Source of the DNA: a virus
Virus record (IMG/VR): IMGVR_UViG_3300045988_047412
Coordinates: 1-41,316 of that record
DNA: 41,316 nucleotides
Reading direction: 5' to 3' (one strand)
Below the pieces are notes generated by a model that ran no database searches, had not been told where the DNA came from, and worked only from the letters and a program-made list of their open reading frames with translations. Shown here one piece after another: positions 31,950-39,251 of the stretch. Position 1 is the first letter of the stretch. Each line of letters begins with the position of its first letter. Made by a program: the position numbers and the translations under genes.

Positions 31950-33132
31950 GCAGAAGCACCGCCTTCTTCCCGGTGAACTTCTCCCACCGGTCAACAATGA
32001 CGTCGGCATACTTTGGATCATACTCCATGCAGAAAGCGTGTCTGCCATTCTGCTCCGCCGCCATAATCGTGGTGCCGGAGCCAGCGAACAGATCAAGCAC
32101 ATTCTCACCCGGCTTACTGGAGCACTGCATCTGGTAATCAAACAGCTTAATCGGCTTCATGGTCGGATGCTCCGCAGACTTGACAGGCTTATCGAAATTC
32201 AATACAGTTGTCTGTCTGCGGTTTTTGAAGAAGTAGTGCTTCTTGCCTTCCGTCCATCCGTAAAGGCAAGGCTCGTGCGCGTCCTCTTCAATTTCGCTCT
32301 CACCGTACAGGCAAGGTTCATGTTTCCACTGGAAATCCTGTCTCCCCATTACGAGGGAATTCTTCACCCAAATCAGGCACTGCCGGACGCGCAGCATCGA
32401 ATCTTTACACGCACCACGGAAGTTATAACCTTCGCTGTCGGCGTGCCAAATGTAAAATGGAGCGCCTGGTTTCATGACCATCGCCGCATTGGAGAAAGCA
32501 TCCGTCAGGAACTGCCTAAAGGCTGCATCTTCCATGTTATCGTTCTTGATTTTACCGGCGGTGCCCTGATAGTCCACATTGTACGGAGGATCGGTGAGAA
32601 GAAGATCGATTTGTGCCCCCCCCACAAGCTTCTGTACGTCTGTCAAAGACGTGCTGTCTCCGCACATAAGGCGATGGTCTCCAAGCTGGTACACATCGCC
32701 CAGCTTGCTCTTCGGCTCCGCCGGAATGACAGGTTCATAATCATCCTCGACAACGGAATCGTTCAGTTCGTCACGCAGACCCCATTCAAAGTCAAACGCC
32801 GACAGGTCGAGACCGGGCAGCTCATCAGCCAGGAGGTCAAAATCCCAGTCGCTCTCGTTGCTCTTGTTATCCACCAGCCGCAGGGCGTTCACCTGCTCCG
32901 GTGTAAGATCGTCTACGCAGACGCACGGTACTTCTTCCATGCCCAGCTTTTTTGCCGCCAAAGCGCGGCAGTGACCGATTACGATCACGCCGTCACGGTC
33001 AATCACAATCGGCTGTACAAATCCGTACTGCTTGATGCTCTCCGCAACGTTGTTGATTTGCCGCTTATCATGCTTTTTTGCATTTGCGGCATACGGAACA
33101 ATATCCGCAAGCCGCCGTTTTGTGATTTCCAT
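31942..33132 (-). CDS. ParB-like N-terminal domain fused to an N6-adenine/N4-cytosine DNA methyltransferase
   Basis: 396 aa; ParB-N KQYGFVQPIVIDRDGVIVIGHCR; motif IV TDPPYN; motif I VLDLFAGSGTT. RBS CAGGAGGA. Confidence 0.9.
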   Translation of the reverse strand: MEITKRRLADIVPYAANAKKHDKRQINNVAESIKQYGFVQPIVIDRDGVIVIGHCRALAAKKLGMEEVPCVCVDDLTPEQVNALRLVDNKSNESDWDFDLLADELPGLDLSAFDFEWGLRDELNDSVVEDDYEPVIPAEPKSKLGDVYQLGDHRLMCGDSTSLTDVQKLVGGAQIDLLLTDPPYNVDYQGTAGKIKNDNMEDAAFRQFLTDAFSNAAMVMKPGAPFYIWHADSEGYNFRGACKDSMLRVRQCLIWVKNSLVMGRQDFQWKHEPCLYGESEIEEDAHEPCLYGWTEGKKHYFFKNRRQTTVLNFDKPVKSAEHPTMKPIKLFDYQMQCSSKPGENVLDLFAGSGTTIMAAEQNGRHAFCMEYDPKYADVIVDRWEKFTGKKAVLLHD

Positions 33133-33313
33133 GCCATCCTCCTGTTTTGCTACCGGCCCCCACCCCTTGGCCTTACATAGCAGACTTTACCCGCCCTAAC
33201 GGGCATACACATCTTGCGTGTCCGGCTCTCCCCGAGCCAAACATGGTACGCAAGATCTTTTTTATCGGCTCCCGGCTGCGCTGCGTCTTCCTACCAGCCA
33301 TCAGGAACTTGGC

Positions 33314-33322
33314 AATTATACC
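33314..33322 (-). promoter_or_regulatory. Extended -10 promoter element TGgTATAAT facing the late operon
   Basis: Minus strand reads ggcTGGTATAATtgcc. No good -35. Confidence 0.4.
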
Positions 33323-33329
33323 AGCCGCC

Positions 33330-33810
33330 TGATACTTAGCTTTTTACGCTTCCTCGCCCGCTGGCCGGGATGGTACGGCATTGCAGTCCTGCCCTGCTTT
33401 AGCGCTTCAGGAAAAGTCCCCGTCACTCGCTGTGGTCTCCCCTTACGGGGCACCTATGCCGCATATCTCCGCAGTGAGCCGGTCGGCGCTCCGGCATCTC
33501 CAACAATGCGAGTATTTGCGGTCTCGCCTCCGGGCGGCAGATTGCCTTTCTGCCCTCCACTGCGGTACTGCCGTCTAAAACTGCTGCCACCGTGCGCAAT
33601 CACAGTGACCTGCTGGAACTTCGGCAGCGTAGTTTGTCCAAATGTCCCCTCTGGGACACATCGTTGAGAGGTGCGAGGGGTCCTATACCCAACCGGAATT
33701 GCACCGGGGCATCAAGGGCAAGTACCAGTTGCCGGAGATGAGCTGCTTTTACAGGCCGCAGCTTATATATTCTTGGAGCGAGGACGCATCACCCGAAACG
33801 CTCCCCGCCA
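33330..33810 (-). ncRNA. Candidate large structured non-coding RNA (ROOL/GOLLD-like class; boundaries and strand uncertain)
   Basis: No minus-strand ORF of 60 aa or more between 33133 and 34028. Dense local hairpins include CCCC-GUAA-GGGG (33439..33450, GNRA only on the minus strand), 33643..33658, 33717..33733 and 33478..33495. Long-range 8-bp pairing 33469..33476 with 33558..33565. Adjacent tRNA-like element. Confidence 0.4.
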
Positions 33811-33882
33811 TGGTGCAGACGGCTGGACTTGAACCAGCGCATACCTCCTGGCGCGGTGCTCTGCCTACTGAGCTACGTCTGC
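33811..33882 (-). tRNA. tRNA-like element with an encoded CCA but no anticodon stem (pseudo-tRNA or processing handle)
   Basis: GCAGACG-TA-GCTC-AGTAGGCA-GAGC-[19 nt ACCGCGCCAGGAGGTATGC]-GCTGG-TTCAAGT-CCAGC-CGTCTGC-ACCA. Acceptor, D and T arms are perfect. Confidence 0.55.
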
Positions 33883-33988
33883 ATATCCCCGGCATCCGCC
33901 GGGGTCAGGAGGAAAGAAAGGATGGATGGAAAGAATGAGGATACGGATATAACCCCGCACCCTCATTCTGACACATATTTTTCTACGC

Positions 33989-34022
33989 TTGCCCCGAATT
34001 GGGGGCAAAGACCAATTTTTTT
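33989..34022 (+). terminator. Hairpin plus T7 run oriented as a plus-strand terminator
   Basis: TTGCCCC-gaattg-GGGGCAA then agaccaaTTTTTTT. Lies just beyond the stop of minus-strand gene 34029..34259. Confidence 0.5.
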
Positions 34023-34028
34023 GCGATA

Positions 34029-34259
34029 CTATAAAGGTTTACTCTCTCGCTCGCCCTCGTCCCATGCAAGCTCATCCAAGCTGACGTGGTAATGATTCGC
34101 TATCAGCTTCAATTGGCTGAGAGCCGGTTCGTTCTCCCCGGTTTCATACTTCCGCAGCGTATCATGCCCAATCCCAATCAGCTCCGCTTTCACTCTCATG
34201 CTTTTAGCAGGCCGCTCAGATTCCCTTAATTTCCGCAGCCGTTCCGGGAATGTACTCAC
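34029..34259 (-). CDS. XRE-family HTH regulator
   Basis: 76 aa; ERLRKLRE...AELIGIGHDTLRKYETGENEPALSQLKLIANHYHVSLDEL. Confidence 0.75.
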   Translation of the reverse strand: MSTFPERLRKLRESERPAKSMRVKAELIGIGHDTLRKYETGENEPALSQLKLIANHYHVSLDELAWDEGERESKPL

Positions 34260-34268
34260 GTAACCACC

Positions 34269-34574
34269 TCACATAGCCGGAAATTCTCTACCACGGGTCC
34301 TCCCGCCGTCCTTTCTCTCGCCGTGACTGCAAAAGCCTTCATTTGGCATGGCACAATTAAACAGTCCGCAGCCGCCAATCTCTCCGATTTCATCACCCAT
34401 GTTTTTGTATATCCGATGCTTGCAGTCCTTGCACCGTGTCACGATCACGGCATCCACGGTGGGGGCTTTTTCGACCAAGCCAAGTAAGCCGTTCCAACCA
34501 GCACAATACGCCGCAGGGAGAACATCTTTGCTGCACCGGCCCACGCCCAAATCATCAACATCAATCAGCCTCAT
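34269..34574 (-). CDS. Cys-rich hypothetical protein (CKDCKH family, paralog B)
   Basis: MRLIDVDDL...APTVDAVIVTRCKDCKH...FCSHGERKDGG. Shares its pattern with 34561..34857. Confidence 0.6.
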   Translation of the reverse strand: MRLIDVDDLGVGRCSKDVLPAAYCAGWNGLLGLVEKAPTVDAVIVTRCKDCKHRIYKNMGDEIGEIGGCGLFNCAMPNEGFCSHGERKDGGRTRGREFPAM

Positions 34575-34857
34575 GGTCAGCACCTCCGTCCATTATCGCC
34601 CCGCGGCTGCAAAATTCGGCTGGTGCGACCTCCATGCCGCTCATTCGACAGGTGGGAATTCCTTTCCCCTTGACGTTGACCGCGACGAGGTGCTTACAGT
34701 CCTTGCACCGCACCACCGGGGCCACGTCGGCGGCAGAAATGCGAATGACAGCCGCTTTCAGACAGTCAAGCATCCGATTTTGTGCAGGGCTTCGGCATGG
34801 GCTACGCTGTCCATGCACAGCTCTAAGCACTGCTTCCCGCTCAATGTATTCAGCCAT
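34561..34857 (-). CDS. Cys-rich hypothetical protein (CKDCKH family, paralog A)
   Basis: MAEYIEREAVL...AADVAPVVRCKDCKH...FCSRGAIMDGG; RBS AGGAGGG. Confidence 0.6.
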   Translation of the reverse strand: MAEYIEREAVLRAVHGQRSPCRSPAQNRMLDCLKAAVIRISAADVAPVVRCKDCKHLVAVNVKGKGIPTCRMSGMEVAPAEFCSRGAIMDGGADHEAD

Positions 34858-34859
34858 TT

Positions 34860-35057
34860 TCAACCCTCCTGTTCCACGCTTCCGGCAGTTTGGATAATTC
34901 TCCACTCCTCCGGCCTTTTCTGCGCGGCCCTAATTTGTTCCAGTGGCCCGCGCTCCTCACACACAGCGTACTGCTTCCACCGGTAGCTTTGGAACGTGCG
35001 GTTTTTAGTCAGCTCTTCGTGTGGAATGTAGAGCGATTTGTACTCAAGGACATACAT
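34860..35057 (-). CDS. Hypothetical protein
   Basis: 65-aa ORF, MYVLEYKSLYIPHEELTK...; RBS GAGGGGG. Confidence 0.45.
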   Translation of the reverse strand: MYVLEYKSLYIPHEELTKNRTFQSYRWKQYAVCEERGPLEQIRAAQKRPEEWRIIQTAGSVEQEG

Positions 35058-35095
35058 CGCCGCTTCGCCCCCTCAGTGCTTCTCGCTTAATGTAT

Positions 35096-35290
35096 TCAGT
35101 CATTTTCAGCCCTCCTGTTCCATGCCTCTTTAGCTTTTTGGGGCGTATACGTAAGCCCTGACGTCGCACAACATCTAATGCACACGGCATTATACGCCCA
35201 ACGTCGACCTTGCGTGTCCTCCACTGCATCCGGGTCGACGCTTATGACCGCTTCACCTCCGCAGAACGGGCACGATTTTAACTCATTCAT
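35096..35290 (-). CDS. Lar-family restriction alleviation protein (paralog 2)
   Basis: MNELKSCPFCGGEAVI...AVCIRCCATSG...AKEAWNRR, a good match to the Lar_restr_allev pattern. Confidence 0.7.
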   Translation of the reverse strand: MNELKSCPFCGGEAVISVDPDAVEDTQGRRWAYNAVCIRCCATSGLTYTPQKAKEAWNRRAEND

Positions 35291-35858
35291 CCTTCATCGC
35301 CTCCACATAGCACCAGCTCTGGGGCGGGCGGCGAAGATATAGCCGCCCGTTTGTGTTGCAGTCCGTTTCGTCGCCATCTCCGCAAACATTTTCGCAAGAC
35401 CAACAGTTTGTGCTAAGCTCCGAGTATTCCAAACAGTCTCGCCAAAACTCCCCCAGCTTTTTCGGCGCATCGTAGATTTTCAGGTTGGAGATATGCCAAC
35501 CGTAAATATAGTGTTTTCCCTCTTCGGAATATTTGAAATAGATATCTTCGCGGCGAACACAGGATTGCTGTTCGGCAATGTCTGCATTTGCCATCTCACA
35601 TCGTTGTAGGATGTAGTCGCACACAAACTCGCCGATAACCTTGCCGTTGCATCTGCCGACCGTATTGGTCCGGACGGTATCCCTGTCCAGATTTCCACCC
35701 TTTACGGAGATATACGGATGACCACTTGTGCAGTAGATATAGCACTTAAACGGTACCTCCAGTTTCGGCACGGACTTGCGCAATTCCATAGTTTTTCTGC
35801 CAATGATGATTTTCGCGCACCACTTCGGGCGGATGCTCAGCATAACAGCTTTACTCAT
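35283..35858 (-). CDS. ASCH-domain-like protein
   Basis: 191 aa from MSKAVMLSIRPKWCAKIIIGRKTMELRK (ASCH-type N-terminus). Confidence 0.55.
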   Translation of the reverse strand: MSKAVMLSIRPKWCAKIIIGRKTMELRKSVPKLEVPFKCYIYCTSGHPYISVKGGNLDRDTVRTNTVGRCNGKVIGEFVCDYILQRCEMANADIAEQQSCVRREDIYFKYSEEGKHYIYGWHISNLKIYDAPKKLGEFWRDCLEYSELSTNCWSCENVCGDGDETDCNTNGRLYLRRPPQSWCYVEAMKDE

Positions 35859-36351
35859 CCTTCTTCGCCTCCAATGCACGCTCCGCCTCCTCGCGGGTGA
35901 GGAATACGGTCTTGCCGATGTCTGCACCATCATTACGCAGACGATACGCGCAGAACCCGTCCGGCTTGCGATTGCACGTTGACATACACAGATTATCCTC
36001 ATCCGTGCAAACAGTTCTGATGTCCGGGGCTTCAAGCTCCATTTCTCGCGGCACATTGTCACGGCCAGTCACCCATAGCGTATCGCCCACTTTGCACGGC
36101 AGCACCACCACGCGGCCTTCTTTGTCAGCTTTGAGCAGTTCTGCCGCTCTATCAACAGTCCATCCAATGGAGGACAATGCCGCCTCCGCTTTTGCCGCAA
36201 TCTCGCAGGCTCCCGGGGAAAAGCCCGTTTGCTCGTAGGCTTTTAGCCTTTCCCACACTTTCCGCTGGGTACAGCTGCCGTTGTAGGGACAGGGGTTTTC
36301 CCGGCACTGCGCAATGTCGCAGAAATTGCCATCAAAAGTCAATCGTTCCAT
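35851..36351 (-). CDS. Cys-rich hypothetical protein
   Basis: 166 aa from MERLTFDGNFCDIAQCRENPCPYNGSC; TGATG overlap with the upstream gene. Confidence 0.6.
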   Translation of the reverse strand: MERLTFDGNFCDIAQCRENPCPYNGSCTQRKVWERLKAYEQTGFSPGACEIAAKAEAALSSIGWTVDRAAELLKADKEGRVVVLPCKVGDTLWVTGRDNVPREMELEAPDIRTVCTDEDNLCMSTCNRKPDGFCAYRLRNDGADIGKTVFLTREEAERALEAKKDE

Positions 36352-36725
36352 CACTTCACCTCCGGCGGTTCCGGCAGCGGCATCCACGCCAAAGCACGAG
36401 CATTTGTTCCATTGGCAACTTCACCGCCCCAGCTTCCATTGTTTTGATATCCGAGTGCGTAATTTACAAACATTCCATTAAAGTCTCCATAGCGGAAATA
36501 CTCACCCCAACACAGCACTTTCCGAAAATTCTCCGGCAGCCGCTCCTCCACCGGTATCCACCGGGGCAGCTGCGCCCGCAGCTTCTCGATCTCTTTCTCC
36601 TGCGCCTCAATCCGGTCGGCGGCTTCCGCCAGATCATCGCCCAAGGTAATGGGCGTTTCCCACTGGTTCCCCTCCGCCCATTCTGCGTGCTCACGCAGAG
36701 CATTTACGAGGTTTGTATCTCTCAT
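36351..36725 (-). CDS. DUF551-domain protein
   Basis: RWIPVEERLPENFRKVLCWG...ALAWMPLPEPP; ATGA overlap with the methyltransferase stop. Confidence 0.65.
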   Translation of the reverse strand: MRDTNLVNALREHAEWAEGNQWETPITLGDDLAEAADRIEAQEKEIEKLRAQLPRWIPVEERLPENFRKVLCWGEYFRYGDFNGMFVNYALGYQNNGSWGGEVANGTNARALAWMPLPEPPEVK

Positions 36726-37891
36726 AATTCATCCTTTCCGTATGGGAACAAAAAGCGCCCCATGTCTCCTGGTTTCTCTACCGTGCCGAACCGCCGTTTG
36801 GTCACTGCGATGGGAAACTCTTCAATCTCGCTGGCCCATAGGCACGTTCCGCGTCCGTTCAACTGCTCCCAGATCAGCGGGAAACCACCTATTCCATCGA
36901 ACAAACTTGCCATAGTCGCGTCCCGCTCGTAGTTGCCGCACAGCCGTTTCAACAGCCATTTCCACGGCGGCAGGGCGATGGAGTTGCCCAGTGCCTTATA
37001 CCGGGGGCTGTCCGCGTCCTTATGGCGCTTGCCCTTGCTGTCCGTCCACTCGCCCAAGTCGGTCCAGTGGTCAGGGAATCCCTGAAGCCGTTCGCACTCC
37101 AACGGGGTCAGACGGCGAACAACACGGTTCTGCACCGGGTATGTCTCCGAATCCTCCCGGAAATCGCAGTTTGCTTTTGCCTTTAGCGTGTGTGCGATAT
37201 CCGGTACAGCCGCTCCGCATACCAGCATATCGTTATAGGCATCCTGCCCATTATAGCTCCCTGCGTGTGCTCCGGGCGATAAAGTCCCGGTGGTTTTCTG
37301 GTACGTCAGCGGGATTTGGTTGCCGCCGGTTCCCATACGGGCTTGCAGACTGGGAGCTACCTCACCGCAGTCTCGGATGACATCGCAGGCGTGGCTCATA
37401 TCCAGAATGGCGCACGGCACATGGGCGTTGGCGTTCAGCGTGTGACAGGGTTTCCCAAAATCAGGAATACTCCCATTCTGCTTGCTGGTGATCTGCGTAG
37501 TATCAAACTCCGTCGCATCTCCCCGGATTCGGACTGCGTAAGCAGCACCGCTTTCAGCACTGGCGGCAAGGCTTTCCCCCGCCGCTCCGCTCTCCGCAGG
37601 ATACCCTGACATGCTTTGCCGCTCAAACAATATTTCCCATGCGGTGTCGCCTCCAAAATCTGCGACAAGCGCGATTCTACGGCGACGTTGGGGGACTCCC
37701 CAGTGTTGCGCATCGAGCACTCGCCACGCAACGCTCCATCGTCCTCCCATTTCATCGTGGTATCCCCCCCAGGTGTTCCAACCTTTTTCAGGCACTTCAA
37801 TATCGGGGGCTTCCGGCTCTGCGACCCGGATGGCTTCTTCGAGGACGGCCGCAAAGTCTTTTCCTCCGTTGCTTGAGAAGGCTCCGGGAAC
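36722..37891 (-). pseudogene. C5 DNA-cytosine methyltransferase, downstream segment (motif VI remainder, VIII, TRD, IX, X, then motifs I and II at the C-terminus)
   Basis: ORF 36722..37909. From codon 37891: VPGAFSSNGG, GVPQRRRRIALVA, RRLTPLECERLQGFP, YKALGNSIALP, then in frame MASLFDGIGGF and WASEIEEF. The first 6 codons of the tracked ORF (37892..37909) are RIT-end sequence. Confidence 0.85.
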
Positions 37892-38018
37892 ATTATGAGT
37901 TGTAAGCAATTATGAAAAGACCTCCTTCCAAAATATTGAAATTTCTTTGAGAATTAAAAAGATGCTGTGCATAATTTCCCTTTATACTGTGAGCATCACA
38001 ATATAAAGGAGGCAAACT

Positions 38019-39251
38019 ATGCACAGCAGAAAGACAGTTCCAATCCCTGACTTGATGAGCGCAGCAAATATGGAGTTGATCCGTCTGGACTTCAAATCGT
38101 CAACCCTCAGTCGGCATAGCAAGGAGTTCCGTAGCTTCTCCAATTATTGCAGAGAAAACGAGATTACCGCTTATGACGCAGAAACCGGACCACAATACTT
38201 CCAACACTGTTATGGTTTGGACATCGGTAACTCCACCGCAAAACTGACCAAGCAACAACTGGACACACGCTGTTCGATTCGTTTTTTGGATGACATCTTT
38301 CAATTTGGGTATGCACTGCGATACAGCCACCATGACTACACAGTGCCACGGCAATATGTCGATTTACTGGAAGAATACCTTGCATGGTGCCACAGAAATA
38401 ATAGTTCTGATGGTACTATCCGTGTCAAGCGGACAAAGATACGGCAATTTTTTTGCTTTTTGGATGGGCGCGGAATAGAACTTTCAGATTTAACCGCTGC
38501 AGAAATTTCGGACTTCATGACCACCCTGTGCCGCTACCATCGTGCAACTATCCATGTATTCAGCAGCGTTTTACGTGATTTCTTCCGCTATCTCCATGAA
38601 AATGGGATATTGGACGATGACTTATCTTCAAGTGTTCCAAGGCCAAAGATCTACGTTGAAGAAAATATCCCCGAAACGTGGGCCCCAGAGGAAGTACGAC
38701 AATTATTGTCCGTTATTGACCGCAGCAATGCGATTGGAAAAAGAGATTACGCAATGCTTCTGCTTGCTATTCTGCTGGGCATGAGGGCTGGAGACATCTG
38801 TGCATTGAAATTCAAAAATCTGGACTGGCACCAGAAACTGATCACCTATACACAGCAAAAAACGCAAAAGGTCAATACACTGCCTCTGCTCCCTGTAATT
38901 GGAGATGCCATCATTGACTATCTGAAAAATGGGCGGTTGGATTCTGACTGTGATAATGTGTTTATCCGCCATATCCATCCTTACGGAGAATTCCAGTCCA
39001 GCACAACTCTTTCCGAAAACCTCAAGCGATATATGAAATATGCAGGTATGACAGTAAAGAAGCGCAAAGCAGCCCATTCACTGCGTCATACTCTGGCAAG
39101 CAGCCTCTTGTATGATGGTACACCGCTTATGACGATCTCCAACATCCTTGGGCACAACAGCCCAAAAACGACCTCCGTATATACCAAAGTAGACCTTCCG
39201 GCCTTGCGGAAATGTGCATTATCTTATGGAGAACGGAGGGAATTGATATGA
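38019..39251 (+). CDS. Tyrosine recombinase, first of trio (RitA-like)
   Basis: 410 aa; AHSLRHTLASSLL...ILGHNSPKTTSVYTKVD; RBS AAAGGAGG. Confidence 0.85.
   Translation: MHSRKTVPIPDLMSAANMELIRLDFKSSTLSRHSKEFRSFSNYCRENEITAYDAETGPQYFQHCYGLDIGNSTAKLTKQQLDTRCSIRFLDDIFQFGYALRYSHHDYTVPRQYVDLLEEYLAWCHRNNSSDGTIRVKRTKIRQFFCFLDGRGIELSDLTAAEISDFMTTLCRYHRATIHVFSSVLRDFFRYLHENGILDDDLSSSVPRPKIYVEENIPETWAPEEVRQLLSVIDRSNAIGKRDYAMLLLAILLGMRAGDICALKFKNLDWHQKLITYTQQKTQKVNTLPLLPVIGDAIIDYLKNGRLDSDCDNVFIRHIHPYGEFQSSTTLSENLKRYMKYAGMTVKKRKAAHSLRHTLASSLLYDGTPLMTISNILGHNSPKTTSVYTKVDLPALRKCALSYGERRELI

Noticed and set aside
31950-32141. Upstream part of ORF 31704..32141 (145 aa)
   Set aside because: It overlaps the 3' end of the ParB-methylase in another frame and is Arg/Ser/Pro-rich. 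Only the distal part, from the ATG at 31949, is kept as a tentative small gene.
33409-33424. GGAAAAGTCCCC on the plus strand resembles the RNase P RNA P4 signature GGAAAGUCCGG. GAGCCGG near 33476 recalled group II intron domain 5.
   Set aside because: None of the other universally conserved RNase P or domain-5 elements is present nearby, and there is no intron ORF or reverse transcriptase. These are treated as chance similarity within a GC-rich structured region.
33847-33857. AGGAGGT-ATG inside the tRNA-like element opens a 17-codon ORF
   Set aside because: There is no spacing between the SD and the ATG, and the ORF runs through the T arm and acceptor. It is considered incidental.
35044-35229. 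61-aa ORF-track entry overlapping the Lar-like gene
   Set aside because: It is a composite reading. Only its last 19 codons (MTEYIKREAL...) correspond to anything, namely the stump of the duplicated paralog start. The rest is the alternative frame of the Lar-like gene.
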